DNA of 64,000 nucleotides from Nitrospinales bacterium (lineage in GTDB: Bacteria > Nitrospinota > Nitrospinia > Nitrospinales > VA-1). This document shows positions 41,964 through 56,055 of this stretch, one piece after another (the first letter of the stretch is position 1; every line of letters begins with the position of its first letter). The translations under genes and the position numbers were made by a program. Below the pieces are notes generated by a model. It made no database searches. It worked only from the letters and a program-made list of their open reading frames with translations, and was not told where the DNA came from. The stretch spans positions 288,001 through 352,000 of the forward strand of contig OZ253496.1 of the NCBI GenBank assembly GCA_965262115.1. Reading direction: 5' to 3'.

Positions 41964-43349
41964 TTACAGATGTGTCAAGGCAGGTTTCCCTACGGGATAA
42001 ACATTGAACCCTATCTCGTAGAGGGGCTGGTGATCCAGATGATTTCTTCCATCAAAAATAAAAGCGGGTTTTTCCATCGTATCAAAAATTTTCTGGTAGT
42101 CCAGTTCCTTGTATAAAGACCATTCGGTGATCAATGCGATTCCATGTGCCCCCTCAGCCGCTTGATAGGGATCTTCAATAAAGTCTACTTTCTCTTCAGC
42201 ACCTTGAAGGTCTTTCCTGGCATTGTCCAAAGCATAGGGATCGGTAATTTTCAGGCAGGCTTTTTCCTCAAGAAGCCGCTTGCAAATATAAATCGCAGGA
42301 GCAGCCCGGGTATCCCCTGTGTCCGGCTTGAATGCGAAACCAAAGACCGCCAGTTTCTTTCCAGCCAGCGTATTGAACATGGCCTGCAGAATACGCCGGA
42401 CATATCTCTCCATCTGATAGTCATTGATCGAGACCACCTGCTCCCAGAAAGCGGCAATCTCATTCAACTGATAATGTTCACACAAATAGACCAGACTCAA
42501 AATATCCTTGCTAAAACAGGAGCCGCCAAACCCCGGCCCGGCATTCAGAAATCTGGAACCGATCCTCGAATCCATCCCGATAGCGCGGGAAACCTCCGTC
42601 ACATCGGCCTCTGTCACCTCGCACAGGGAAGCAATGCTGTTAATGGAAGAGATTCGCTGAGCGAGGAAAGCGTTGGCTACCAGTTTTGAGAGCTCGCTAC
42701 TCCATAGATTGGTGGTGATCAAGCGTTCCCTTGGAACCCAATGAAGATATATATCCATCAAAATATCGCGAGCTGCGATTCCAGACGGAGTGCCCATTGA
42801 ACCGATCAGAATCCGGTCTGGGTCTTCCATATCACTGATCCCCGTTCCTTCTGCCATGAACTCAGGATTGGATAAAATTTCAAACTGGACTGAGTTGTTG
42901 CCCGAATGAAGAATGGTTTCCAGAGTCTCTGCGGCGCGAACAGGAAGCGTACTTTTTTCCACAACGATTTTGTTGGATTTGGAGTTTTCTTTTATACGTC
43001 TCGCCGTTTGCTCAATAAATTGCAGATCAACAGCTTTTCCTGCCCCTTCCCCAAACATTTTAGTGGGCGTGTTGACGCTGACAAAAATGATGTCCGCTTC
43101 ATCAATACAGCGATCAATTTCCGTAGAGAAAAACAGGTTTTTCCCACGAGCACTCAGCACCCGTTCCTGCAATCCTGGCTCAAAAATGGGCAGTTTGTCT
43201 GAGTTCCAAGCATTGATCCTTTCCTCGGAAATATCGACAACCGTCACCTTATAATCGGGGCATTTGTTGGCAATGATGGTCATGGTCGGTCCTCCGACAT
43301 AACCTGCTCCGATACACATAATATTTTTTTTGAAATTTTTTGATGCCAT
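41964..43349 (-). CDS. ugd: UDP-glucose 6-dehydrogenase
   Basis: GAGYVG, EKST, SNPEF and GFGGSCF motifs. Confidence 0.94.
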   Translation of the reverse strand: MASKNFKKNIMCIGAGYVGGPTMTIIANKCPDYKVTVVDISEERINAWNSDKLPIFEPGLQERVLSARGKNLFFSTEIDRCIDEADIIFVSVNTPTKMFGEGAGKAVDLQFIEQTARRIKENSKSNKIVVEKSTLPVRAAETLETILHSGNNSVQFEILSNPEFMAEGTGISDMEDPDRILIGSMGTPSGIAARDILMDIYLHWVPRERLITTNLWSSELSKLVANAFLAQRISSINSIASLCEVTEADVTEVSRAIGMDSRIGSRFLNAGPGFGGSCFSKDILSLVYLCEHYQLNEIAAFWEQVVSINDYQMERYVRRILQAMFNTLAGKKLAVFGFAFKPDTGDTRAAPAIYICKRLLEEKACLKITDPYALDNARKDLQGAEEKVDFIEDPYQAAEGAHGIALITEWSLYKELDYQKIFDTMEKPAFIFDGRNHLDHQPLYEIGFNVYPVGKPALTHL

Positions 43350-43386
43350 TAGGAACTTTTCGGTAAATAAGAAGTAAGGCTTGAAG

Positions 43387-43423
43387 AAAAAAAGGCCTGG
43401 CCCTGGAGGGACCAGACCTTTTT
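43387..43423 (-). terminator. Rho-independent terminator downstream of the c554-like gene
   Basis: GC-rich stem flanked by A/T runs. Confidence 0.75.
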
Positions 43424-43442
43424 ATTTAGGAATCAGGAAAAA

Positions 43443-44369
43443 TCACTTTTTATAATTGAAGGTTTTTTTCTTGCTGTTATAAGGCTTAGTACCTTTTATA
43501 AATTTCAGCTTACCTTTGTCATTGATCTTAAAGTCTTCAATCGACAACGGGGTTTTCTCCGTCTGGCCGACTTGTTTAGCGCGTTCGTCCTTTTTCTCCA
43601 GTTTCTGGTCCAAATTATCGTCGTTCCAGTAATCCTCGAATTTGTGGACCTTCAACTTCCTTTCCTCAAAGTTGAACTTGTACTTATCATGGACCTCAGG
43701 TTTGAAAGGAGTGTTCTTATGCGTATGACAACGGGTGCAGACATTGGCATAATCCCAGCGCTGTCCGTATTGCTCCGTCTCCGCTTTAGTGAAATTTCCT
43801 TTAGAGGATTTCATTACGGCCCGGAACTGAGAACCACCGGCAACTGAGTGACACATTTCACAACCGACCTGCTCCTTGTTCGGCTCCTCCGGATCTATCT
43901 TACTGGCCGTGTCCTTGCCTTTTTTACTCTTGCTACCAGCCGGTTTGAATCCGCCTTTTTGACGATAACCAGTTGTATGGCATCGCAAACAAAGGGGTAT
44001 TGTGGTGTAATCTTTTTCAGGGTCCAGTTTAACCCGTAACTTGGCTTCTTTACGTTCACCCGGTTTTAACAAGTTATAGGTACCGCCATGGGATGATTTT
44101 GTCCAAGCCTGGTAATAAGCGTCATGACAACTGCCGTTACATTTGACAGCGCCGACATATTTTGGTTTTTTCCTCATGTCCTTGACCGCCTTGGCCCGTT
44201 TTTTGGGTTTGACTTCCCATTTATCAAACATGGCCGTTTCTTCTGCGGTCAATTCAATTTTCTTTTTCTTTTTAGCGTCCGCCTCAATACCTGTTCCAAA
44301 GACCAGAACCAAGGAAACCAAACTCAGAACTTTCACAATTCGTCCAATTTTCCACTCCCTTTTTTCCAC
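43443..44369 (-). CDS. Cytochrome c554-like tetraheme protein, Lys-rich
   Basis: Signal peptide; YVGAVKCNGSCH, CLRCHTTG, VGCEMCH and CTRCH. Confidence 0.82.
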   Translation of the reverse strand: MEKREWKIGRIVKVLSLVSLVLVFGTGIEADAKKKKKIELTAEETAMFDKWEVKPKKRAKAVKDMRKKPKYVGAVKCNGSCHDAYYQAWTKSSHGGTYNLLKPGERKEAKLRVKLDPEKDYTTIPLCLRCHTTGYRQKGGFKPAGSKSKKGKDTASKIDPEEPNKEQVGCEMCHSVAGGSQFRAVMKSSKGNFTKAETEQYGQRWDYANVCTRCHTHKNTPFKPEVHDKYKFNFEERKLKVHKFEDYWNDDNLDQKLEKKDERAKQVGQTEKTPLSIEDFKINDKGKLKFIKGTKPYNSKKKTFNYKK

Positions 44370-44415
44370 AAACCCTCCGTGTATTTGAGGCTAGGTTTAC
44401 ACAATAATCCTGATC

Positions 44416-44432
44416 GGGGGGGGGGGGGGGGG
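44416..44432. repeat. G17 homopolymer
   Basis: 17 consecutive G, about 47 nt upstream of the c554-like start codon. Confidence 0.9.
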
Positions 44433-44689
44433 AACCCACTGATTCAATGCCCCTCACACGACAGGGGAAGGATAATATAAATCCTTTACCGGGTCAATAG
44501 CTGAGTACCTCCGCCCACTGGGCGTGGGGCCGATGAGCACGTGATATTCTTCTGCGCTGTGATGATCCTCTTCCTTAAACCTCATGCCCCGGAGGGGTAA
44601 GAGCCCGTCGAGCCTCCAAAACTATTTGCTCGCCAAACAAAGAATTATAGACGGCTTAACGAGCTCTTGCTATATTTTCCCCCACGGGA

Positions 44690-45784
44690 GTGGGCAATAC
44701 TAAACCTATCCGGACGAGTTCCTTGAACCATAAGCTTTCCCATTACGATTTTGCTTTACCCGCCGACCTGATTGCCCAAAAACCAACCCAACGCAGAGGC
44801 CAATCTCGCTTGCTGGTGGTGAATCGGAAAAAACAAACCCTGACGCACGATACTTTTGCCAATCTAAAATACCATCTCAACAATCATCCTCTGATGATTT
44901 TTAATGATACCCGTGTCATCCCCGCAAAACTTCTGGCCCGACTGGAATCCAAGCAAGTAGAAATTTTGCTCATTCGTGAGTTGGAATCTGAGGTGTGGGA
45001 AGTCATGATGAAGGGACTAGGCCGGTTAAAGCCAGGGGTCCTGCTCAAATTTGGAAATAGCAGTTTAAGCGCCCAATTCCTCAGGCGGCAGGACGATCGG
45101 GCTGTTATAAGGTTCTCATCCGCAAAAAAGCTTTTAGCTCATTTAAACAAAGACGGGCGAATGCCTCTGCCTCCATATATCCATAGACCCCTTGACACGA
45201 GTTCAAAAACCCTGGAGTTGGACCGAAAGCGTTACCAAACTGTTTTTGCCTCGCATACCGGGGCCATAGCCGCCCCGACAGCAGGACTACATTTCACTCA
45301 GTCACAATTAGCAAGTCTGCGGGAGAAAACTGTCAACACCGCCCACTTGACCCTGCATGTGGGACCAGGAACTTTCGTTCCCATCCGTGATGAATATTTT
45401 ATTGACCACAAAATGCAGGAAGAATATTTTCAAATTTCTCCTGGAAACTGGAACAAGATCACTCGAGCAAAAAGGAAAGGGCAAGCCATATTGGCGGTGG
45501 GAACAACATCGACCCGGGTCCTGGAGACCCAGAGGTTTGAGAAAGCTATCCAGAAAACGGTATCCGGTTGGAGCAATTGCTTTATTTATCCGGGATGGGA
45601 ATTCAGGAATGTGGATCACCTGCTCACCAACTTTCACCTACCCAAATCAACGCTGTTTTTACTGGTTTGCGCTTTCATGGGCGATAAAATGGCGAAAACA
45701 GCCTATAGCGAGGCTATTAAGCGAAAATACCGCTTTTTCAGTTACGGTGATGCCATGAAAATAAGGCCCTTGGCCAAGATTTGA
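44690..45784 (+). CDS. queA: SAM:tRNA ribosyltransferase-isomerase
   Basis: NDTRVIPA, PLPPYI, AAPTAGLHF, TNFHLPKSTL and YGDAM motifs. Confidence 0.96.
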   Translation: MGNTKPIRTSSLNHKLSHYDFALPADLIAQKPTQRRGQSRLLVVNRKKQTLTHDTFANLKYHLNNHPLMIFNDTRVIPAKLLARLESKQVEILLIRELESEVWEVMMKGLGRLKPGVLLKFGNSSLSAQFLRRQDDRAVIRFSSAKKLLAHLNKDGRMPLPPYIHRPLDTSSKTLELDRKRYQTVFASHTGAIAAPTAGLHFTQSQLASLREKTVNTAHLTLHVGPGTFVPIRDEYFIDHKMQEEYFQISPGNWNKITRAKRKGQAILAVGTTSTRVLETQRFEKAIQKTVSGWSNCFIYPGWEFRNVDHLLTNFHLPKSTLFLLVCAFMGDKMAKTAYSEAIKRKYRFFSYGDAMKIRPLAKI

Positions 45785-46069
45785 TCAAGCCTTACCCTCA
45801 TCCACCACTTGCTTGAAAAATTTACCCGATTTAAAACGAACCACCTTCCGCGCAGAAATTTCAGCTTCTTCCCCGGTTTTGGGGTTTCTGCCAATACGCT
45901 TGGTTTTTGCACGCACCTGAAATGTTCCAAACCGACGCAAGATGACCGGCTCTCCATGACCGAGAGATCCTTTAATCAACTCGATCACTGTTTCCACAGC
46001 CTCTTCAGACTTAGCTCTTGATAAACTAGCACGAGATGAGACCTGGTTTATGATATCTTGTTTAGTCAT
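45785..46069 (-). CDS. HU/IHF family DNA-binding protein
   Basis: FGTF and GRNPKTGE motifs. Confidence 0.93.
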   Translation of the reverse strand: MTKQDIINQVSSRASLSRAKSEEAVETVIELIKGSLGHGEPVILRRFGTFQVRAKTKRIGRNPKTGEEAEISARKVVRFKSGKFFKQVVDEGKA

Positions 46070-46445
46070 ACTCCCTCCTCAAAACAAACTAATGATATTT
46101 TTAAAAATTGAATTGGCCAAAATAGTAATTTCTAAATTCACACCTTGATAAAAATCCGTATCTCGCCTGTAACATCACCAAGGTAAAACCGGGAATCTCT
46201 ACGGCTATAAAACAACCTCCTAATACTTGCATCGGTGGCATTACTTTATCACTTAAATTAAAAATATCAATAATTAATTCAAGAATTTAGCAGTATTTTC
46301 CTGTCACCGAAGTTTTTCAAATTTCACGCTTGACAAAGTTCCAAAAAGACCAAAATAGGAGGCCCGGATAACCCTTTCTTTAAAAAGGATTATGGAAATA
46401 CCAAATTAACGGGCATGAGCAATCAGAAATCAACAGGGAAAATAA

Positions 46446-46760
46446 TTATGGGGACAGAGGTGAGGATATTTGCGTTTGGACGATGTGATAAACCTGGTCG
46501 CCGGGTTTGATCAGATTTAGTTTTTCGCGGGCAATTTTTTCAATTTCGTATGGATCGGACTTCAAAGCAGTGATTTCCAACCGAATTTTTCCATTCTTTG
46601 CCCGCAAACTTTCATTCTCGTTTTTCATTTTAAGTTGTTCCTGCTCCAACCGGTAAGCATTCAAAATACCATTCTCATGAAAGACCGCCATCATGGCCAA
46701 CAGCAAAAAAAAGCCAAGGCTCAACAAAATTATTTTCTGGTATCGAGTATTTTCAGTCAT
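46446..46760 (-). CDS. ftsB: Septum formation initiator FtsB/DivIC
   Basis: TM helix plus coiled coil, IEKIAREKLNLIKPGD; follows eno. Confidence 0.85.
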   Translation of the reverse strand: MTENTRYQKIILLSLGFFLLLAMMAVFHENGILNAYRLEQEQLKMKNENESLRAKNGKIRLEITALKSDPYEIEKIAREKLNLIKPGDQVYHIVQTQISSPLSP

Positions 46761-46805
46761 AAAATTGCATCTATTATTTAGATAATAACCTGAAAGTCAA
46801 CGCAG

Positions 46806-49395
<2,590 letters not shown>

Positions 49396-49396
<1 letters not shown>

Positions 49397-50247
49397 TAAC
49401 CGAATAAAATCGAAAGTTCATCCTTTAGAGCTGGTGGAATTTTTTCAGGATCGGTGACCACAGCGAATTTGGCAGCATCACAACAGGAGCAAGGTTCAAT
49501 GCTTTCCAACATGGGTAATAACTCCCTTAAAACTTTCTGCGCCTGCTCCACATTTTTATGCATGATTTCCAACACTGCCTCAAGGGTGACAGGCTCTTCT
49601 TCCACATGCCAACAATCGAAGTCCGTCACCAAAGCCAGGGTTGAATAACATAATCCCGCTTCCCGGGCCAGTTTGGCCTCGGTGACATTGGTCATTCCTA
49701 TAACATCGACATCCCACTGCCGGTATAACAGAGACTCTGCTCGGGTGGAAAACTGGGGGCCTTCAATACAAATATAAGTTCCCCCTTCATGAACCTCTGC
49801 GCCAGCCTTTTGGGCGGCCTTAAAGAGGGTACCCGCAGTAGAAAGGCAAACCGGATCGGCCAGACTGACATGACCGACCATCCCTTGGGTAAAAAATGTA
49901 CTGATGCGCTTATACGTCCGGTCGATAAATTGATGCGGCACCACAAAATGGCCCGGAGGCATATTTTCCTTCATGCCTCCTACGGCGCTCACGGAAATAA
50001 TCCGCTCAACGCCGATTTTTTTCATGGCAAAAATATTTGCCCTGAAATTTATCTCAGAGGGCGGAATAACATGCCCTACCCCGTGGCGGGGAAGAAAAGC
50101 CAATTTAACCCCATCCAGTTTCCCAATAACGATGCTATCCGAAGGCGAACCATACGGAGTGTCCACCGTTACCTTCTCGATCACCTCAAGGCCCTTCATC
50201 TGGTATAATCCGCTTCCGCCGATCACACCCAGCAGTTTCTCCGCCAT
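49396..50247 (-). CDS. mtnP: S-methyl-5'-thioadenosine phosphorylase
   Basis: IGGSGLY, LPRHG, EGPQFSTRAES and GMT motifs. Confidence 0.93.
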
Positions 50248-50417
50248 GAAAATTCACTCCACTAATTATTGAAAGGGATTTAGCTCAAAGACCGTTGAGT
50301 TTAAATAAGGATAAAAGGCACTGGACAAGCAGAAAGCCTATCCGATTGACAAAATTACAACCCGCTCTCCACTCTAAGGGAGAGGCTATGGGTTTCCGAC
50401 CCGTTGAATCAACCCGG

Positions 50418-52688
50418 CTAATCCGAGTCCTCTTTTTTTCTTTCTACTTCGCCCAACAAAAATTTCAATTCCGAGATCTGCTCTCCAGCCTGGCTAATTA
50501 CAGCTTCCTCTTTTTTGAGGTTTTGAACCTTGACATTCACATCCTCCGCCAACAAGTTCAGTGAACTCAATCGTTTTTCCACCACACCCAGGGTATTGAT
50601 TTTGCTGTTCAGCAGATCAATTTTTGATTCTGCTTCTTCAGTAATGCTGGTTAGTTTTTCAATATTGAGGTTGATTCTATCGAGGTTGTCTCTTTCCTTA
50701 TCGATTCTGGCTTTTTCGGTATTGGTGCGGTTGATAACGACCTCAAGTTCGCCAAGAGCCTGCTGGGTGCGCTTGACTTTTTCTTCGCTTTCATGAACCT
50801 GGCTGATACGGTTTTCCGTCCTCTCCAGCATATTGTTGAGTTGATCCATTTTCTTTTCAACATCCAGCATGAACTCCTGCTTTTCATCCAGAGCGGCCTG
50901 CTTGTTACGCAAATCCTTCATCAGATTATCAAGTTCATGAAGTTTTGAATCTGTCTTTTCCACTTGGGCCGAGCCTTTGTTCAACTCGTCCATTTTGCCC
51001 TCAAAGTTAGTGGTTATCTGCCCCAGTTCCTCCCGAATCTGATCGATTTTGGAAATTTCGTCTTTGGCTTCCTGAACTTCTTTAAACCGGATCCGCAATT
51101 CAATTTCCTGAATACTCAATTTGGAGGAGATGTTGTTCATCCTTTTTTCCTGATCATCAATCGCTGCCTTTTCCTTGGCCAGATCGAGGATTTTCTCCTC
51201 AATCGTGTTTGCCATGGACTTCAAATCCTCAAGCTTCTGGTCCACTTTCTCAAGGAAATCGATTTTCTTGGAAACTTTAGCAATTTTGATGTTTGCCTCT
51301 TCAATGAAGAAATCCAGCCCGTCCACCTTCTTCTCCATTTTCTCAATGAGGGCCTTTCTCTGCATCTGCGCTTCCATCTTCACATCAAGGCTGATGACCA
51401 TGGAGCTAAGATCGTTGATCTTTTTATCCACCTGATCCACCAACTGTTGCTTGCGAATGATCTCATCCATTTGTTGCTGGGTGGACTCATTCATCACCTC
51501 AACCTGCTTGAGAATCCCGGAAACCGTATCGATTTTCTTGATGTCCTCATCCAGCCGACTGACCTTCTGTTCCGCTTCCTCAGACATAACATTGAAGCGG
51601 CTCATCATTTCATTGGCATCATCAATGACCTTCATCTCATCCTTCAAAATCTTCATTTTATTGCTGAGATTGTCCATAAGAAAGGAGTTGAGCTTGTGTA
51701 TTTTCTCCTCGGTCTTTTCAATCATGGACTTTTCGTCCTGGATCCTGGCAATCCTGGTTTCCACATCCACGGACAAAGAATCCAGGTCCCGCAAACGCCC
51801 AGTGATGCTCCGGATCATTTCATTTTTAACCAAAATGTTCTTGGATTCGATTTTAAGATCGCTGATTTGTTGCATCAGGCTGTGGAGAGTTTCCTGAGTC
51901 TCAACAATCATATGGCTCTGCCCAAGGAGCTTTTCATAATCCCCCTGCACACTGACAAGGATACGTTTCAACTCTTCCGTATCCTGGGTATGGCTTCCTA
52001 TGGTTTCTTTATCCTGCTTGATCCGTTCATAGCGGCTATCGAGCTCGCCCAGGGTGTCCTTCATGACCCCGACTTTTACAGCGGTCGTTCTCAACAACTC
52101 TTTCATGTTGACAACGTCCTGCACCTGACTCGAAACATTATCGAGCATATGCTCAAGCCGGTTGATATTACGATCAGCAGATTTGAGGAGTTTACTTTCC
52201 TCGCGCAGTTTTTTAATTTTGGAATCCATGTCCCAGACCAGGACATTTAGGCGGCCCGCATCTTCGTTGGCTTTTTCAACAACCTGTTTTTGCTGACTCA
52301 GGCTTTTAATCTTGCTGTCAATATGCTCGTTAAGCAAATGCAGTTCATCTAAATCCTTTTTCAGAGCGTTGTAATTGGAGTTCACCTCTTTTGAAACACG
52401 CTGAAAGTCACGCACCCGAACATTAAAATTCTTGATCTCCTCAAAACGCACGTCCAACGAATCCAGTTTCCTTAACGCATCAGGCACCTGTCCGCTGACG
52501 TGGTCAAAAGACCTTTTTTTGTCTTCCAGTTCCCCTGACTTCTGCTCAAAATACTCTACGAGCAATTGCAGGTTCTTGCGCTCATGCGAGGCAACCTTAA
52601 TGAGTTCTTTAAATTCTTTAGGGTCGAAACCGGCTTTTCCTGAGGGTATGGAACCTTGCGGAGTCTCAGGTTTGAAATCTTCAGCCAT
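50418..52688 (-). CDS. Long coiled-coil protein
   Basis: 756 aa, E/K/D/L-rich heptads over nearly the whole length; no ATPase or TM motifs. Confidence 0.8.
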   Translation of the reverse strand: MAEDFKPETPQGSIPSGKAGFDPKEFKELIKVASHERKNLQLLVEYFEQKSGELEDKKRSFDHVSGQVPDALRKLDSLDVRFEEIKNFNVRVRDFQRVSKEVNSNYNALKKDLDELHLLNEHIDSKIKSLSQQKQVVEKANEDAGRLNVLVWDMDSKIKKLREESKLLKSADRNINRLEHMLDNVSSQVQDVVNMKELLRTTAVKVGVMKDTLGELDSRYERIKQDKETIGSHTQDTEELKRILVSVQGDYEKLLGQSHMIVETQETLHSLMQQISDLKIESKNILVKNEMIRSITGRLRDLDSLSVDVETRIARIQDEKSMIEKTEEKIHKLNSFLMDNLSNKMKILKDEMKVIDDANEMMSRFNVMSEEAEQKVSRLDEDIKKIDTVSGILKQVEVMNESTQQQMDEIIRKQQLVDQVDKKINDLSSMVISLDVKMEAQMQRKALIEKMEKKVDGLDFFIEEANIKIAKVSKKIDFLEKVDQKLEDLKSMANTIEEKILDLAKEKAAIDDQEKRMNNISSKLSIQEIELRIRFKEVQEAKDEISKIDQIREELGQITTNFEGKMDELNKGSAQVEKTDSKLHELDNLMKDLRNKQAALDEKQEFMLDVEKKMDQLNNMLERTENRISQVHESEEKVKRTQQALGELEVVINRTNTEKARIDKERDNLDRINLNIEKLTSITEEAESKIDLLNSKINTLGVVEKRLSSLNLLAEDVNVKVQNLKKEEAVISQAGEQISELKFLLGEVERKKEDSD

Positions 52689-52913
52689 AACAAAAGTCCT
52701 GTATCAAAGAGGAATGTTTTTTGGCAAAGGGCCAAATACCATAAGGTACTATGTTTTATATACTTATGGGAAATAAATGTCAAGCTACTAGCCGCCGCTA
52801 AGCGCGGAGCCAGCGTGACGCTGGACCCAATGAGCAATGCCTCTGTTTGCTAGCAAAGAGTCATCTCGGCTTGATGAGTTCTTACCCGGTTTCCTCCTCT
52901 GGCAAGGAACCGG

Positions 52914-53930
52914 CTATCTTTGAGTCAGGCATTCTGCAATTTGAACAGCATTGAGCGCCGCCCCCTTGCGCAAGTTGTCGGACACCACCCAGAAGTTGAT
53001 GGCATTCTTGCAGGAAATATCATCACGAATTCGGCCCACAAACACCTCATCCCTGCCAGCCCCATCAATCGCCAACGGGTATTCGTTGGTCGCGGGATTA
53101 TCAACCACTCGAATGCCAGGTTGTCCTGACAATAGTTTCTTAACCTCCGTGGCACTGATAGGTTCCTCGGTTTCCACATTCACGGATTCAGAATGACTAT
53201 AAAATACCGGCACTCGAACCGTGGTGGGTGAGACCTGAATCGATGCATCACCAAGAATCTTTCGAGTCTCATCCACCATCTTCATCTCTTCTTTGGTGTA
53301 GCCATTATCTAAAAAAGTATCTATGTGCGGCAAACAGTTAAATGCTATTTGATGTGGATATACATTAGATTTAGATGGTTTGCCGTCCAGCAGGTTTTTA
53401 GTCTGGGTTCGCAGTTCTTCTATAGCCTTTTGACCGGAACCGGAAACAGACTGATAAGTGGAAACCACAACCCGTTTTATTTTAAATTTGTCATGGATCG
53501 GCTTTAACACCATCACCATTTGAATGGTCGAACAATTGGGATTGGCAATGATACCGGGGTCAGAGCCGATTGCTTCCGGATTCACCTCCGGCACCACCAA
53601 CGGGGTATCCGGTTCCATACGAAACGCACTGCTGTTATCAATCACGATGCAACCGGACTTCACAGCAAAAGGGGCAAACTGACGGCTCACACTGGCTCCC
53701 GCCGAAAACAGGGCAATATCTACCCCCGCAAACGAATTTTCGCTCAACTCTTCAACGGTGACAGGATTTTCTTTGAAGGTAAGGGTTTGCCCCACCGACC
53801 TGGCCGATGCCAGAGCCTTCAGGTCAGCGACAGGGAAGTCCCGCTCTGCAAGAATTTCGAGCATTTTTCTTCCCACCGCACCAGTAGCACCAGTTACCGC
53901 GACATTGTATTGTTTCTTCTTAGCCAACAT
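52914..53930 (-). CDS. asd: Aspartate-semialdehyde dehydrogenase
   Basis: GATGAVG, ANPNCST and DNLRKGAA motifs; start placed at ATG 53930. Confidence 0.96.
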   Translation of the reverse strand: MLAKKKQYNVAVTGATGAVGRKMLEILAERDFPVADLKALASARSVGQTLTFKENPVTVEELSENSFAGVDIALFSAGASVSRQFAPFAVKSGCIVIDNSSAFRMEPDTPLVVPEVNPEAIGSDPGIIANPNCSTIQMVMVLKPIHDKFKIKRVVVSTYQSVSGSGQKAIEELRTQTKNLLDGKPSKSNVYPHQIAFNCLPHIDTFLDNGYTKEEMKMVDETRKILGDASIQVSPTTVRVPVFYSHSESVNVETEEPISATEVKKLLSGQPGIRVVDNPATNEYPLAIDGAGRDEVFVGRIRDDISCKNAINFWVVSDNLRKGAALNAVQIAECLTQR

Positions 53931-55014
53931 TCTTTTTCTCCAGCTCTTCAGCAATCAAATCACCCATTGCCTGGGTTCCCACCTCTTTCATGCCCGCAGA
54001 CATAATGTCACGGGTGCGGACCCCTTTGGCCAACACCGCTTCAACCGCTTGTTCTATCCAAATATTCGACTCCTCACGCTCCAGAGAATACTTGAACATC
54101 ATGCCTACGGATAAAATTGTAGCCAGCGGATTGGCCCACTCCTGACCTGCAATATCCGGCGCACTGCCATGTATAGGTTCATACATGGCATATTTTTCAC
54201 CAAGACTTGCAGATGGCAACATACCTATTGATCCGGTGAGCATGGATGCCTCATCACTTAAAATATCACCGAACATATTGGTCGTCAGGATGACATCAAA
54301 TTGTTTGGGGTTTCTCACCAATTGCATGGCGCAGTTATCCACATACATATGCGAAAGGTTCACATCTGAGTAATCGGAATGCAAGTTGGTCACTACCTCG
54401 CGCCAGAAACCGGTCGACTCCAACACATTAGCCTTATCCACCGAGCAAACAGATTTGTTACGTTTGCGGGCCACATCAAAGGCGATGCGAGCAATGCGCT
54501 CAATTTCCGGCTCGGTATAAACCAGGGTGTTGAATCCTCTGCGGGTGCCATCTTCGAGTGTATCAACCCCGCGCGGCTGGCCGAAATAAATCCCGCCGGT
54601 CAATTCACGCACTACAAGAAGATCCAAACCTTCGACCACTTCACGCTTCAGCGTGGACGCCTCAACCAAAGCTGGGAAAATACGCGCCGGACGAAGGTTG
54701 GCATAAAGCCCCAAGCTGGACCGAAGTCCCAACAAGGCACGTTCTGGTCTGAGGGAAAAGTCAATATTCTCCCACTTAGGGCCGCCAACCGCGCCTAACA
54801 ATATCGCATCGGCATTTTGCGCCGCTTTCAGGGAAGCATCCGGCAAAGGGTGACCGGTAGCTTCATAACCCGCGCCTCCAACCGGCGCCTCATTGATATT
54901 CATCTTTAAACCCAGTTTGGACTCGATGATCTTGAGAATTTTTAGAGCTTCGCGGATCACTTCCGGCCCGATTCCGTCACCGGGGAACACCGCAATATTG
55001 AATTCAGTTTTCAT
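53920..55014 (-). CDS. leuB: 3-isopropylmalate dehydrogenase
   Basis: [28 protein letters not shown] and [10 protein letters not shown] motifs. Confidence 0.96.
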   Translation of the reverse strand: MKTEFNIAVFPGDGIGPEVIREALKILKIIESKLGLKMNINEAPVGGAGYEATGHPLPDASLKAAQNADAILLGAVGGPKWENIDFSLRPERALLGLRSSLGLYANLRPARIFPALVEASTLKREVVEGLDLLVVRELTGGIYFGQPRGVDTLEDGTRRGFNTLVYTEPEIERIARIAFDVARKRNKSVCSVDKANVLESTGFWREVVTNLHSDYSDVNLSHMYVDNCAMQLVRNPKQFDVILTTNMFGDILSDEASMLTGSIGMLPSASLGEKYAMYEPIHGSAPDIAGQEWANPLATILSVGMMFKYSLEREESNIWIEQAVEAVLAKGVRTRDIMSAGMKEVGTQAMGDLIAEELEKKNVG

Positions 55015-55259
55015 AAAACAAATCAAGCTCCTCTTGAATCATTGTTTCCAATAATAGCGCTACCCGCTACGTGAGTGGAGGGAGGAAATAGTAGCAAACT
55101 ATAGTTGAAAGCCCAACAACCACTTTCTACTAGATGGAATCGACAAATTACATCCGGCGGTTCGCCGGTCGGCATCAAATCCGTTGCAAATATCTATTTT
55201 TACATTATCATAACCTCCAGCATTGGAAATTCTTAAAACCACTTGAGCACTCTCAGCCT

Positions 55260-56021
55260 ATGATCAATAGCAAAAAAGTTTGTGTCATCATGCCGGCCTA
55301 CAACGCCGAAAAAACTCTCAAAAAAACTTACGACGAAATCCCCAAAGATATTGTCGATGATGTCATTCTCACGGATGACGCCAGCCAGGATGAAACGGTC
55401 AAGCTATCCCGGAAACTGGAGATCAAAACCTTTGTGCACACCGAAAACAGGGGATACGGAGCCAACCAGAAAACCTGTTACCAAGCAGCGCTTGATAGTG
55501 GCGCCGACATTGTCATCATGTTGCATCCGGACTACCAATATACCCCAAAGCTCATTACTCCCATGGTATCCATGATGGCGGAAGGAATTTTTGATGCCGT
55601 GATTGGCTCAAGAATTTTGGGCAACAAAGCCATGATGGGCGGAATGCCTATTTATAAGTATGTTTCAAACCGTGTTTTAACTCTGACCGAGAACCTGCTC
55701 ACCCAGCAAAAACTTTCCGAATATCACACCGGATACCGGGCCTTCAGCCGAAAAGTGCTGGAGACCATACCTCTGCTGGAAAACTCCGATGATTTCGTAT
55801 TCGACAACCAGATGCTTTGCCAGACCCTGTATTTTGGCTTTGATGTGGGAGAAATATCCTGCCCGGCGCTTTATTTTGACGATGCCTCATCCATCAGCTT
55901 TCGTCGTAGCGTGACCTATGGACTAGGAGTTATGGAAACCGCCCTGAAATATGCCCTGGCCAAACGCCGCATGGGACATTTCAAAATCTTCAATCCAAAC
56001 GGCAAAAGATTAGAGACCTAA
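55260..56021 (+). CDS. Glycosyltransferase family 2
   Basis: IMPAYNAE, DDAS and HPDYQY motifs; start placed at ATG 55260. Confidence 0.88.
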   Translation: MINSKKVCVIMPAYNAEKTLKKTYDEIPKDIVDDVILTDDASQDETVKLSRKLEIKTFVHTENRGYGANQKTCYQAALDSGADIVIMLHPDYQYTPKLITPMVSMMAEGIFDAVIGSRILGNKAMMGGMPIYKYVSNRVLTLTENLLTQQKLSEYHTGYRAFSRKVLETIPLLENSDDFVFDNQMLCQTLYFGFDVGEISCPALYFDDASSISFRRSVTYGLGVMETALKYALAKRRMGHFKIFNPNGKRLET

Positions 56022-56055
56022 AAAAAACTGTCCGTCGAACCGCCCGGTTCAATAT

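Noticed and set aside
50964..52250. 428-aa plus-strand ORF, and similar long antisense ORFs (e.g. 20788-21606, 27987-28679, 46881-48170)
   Set aside because: Shadow frames opposite well-supported genes, with no recognisable motifs.
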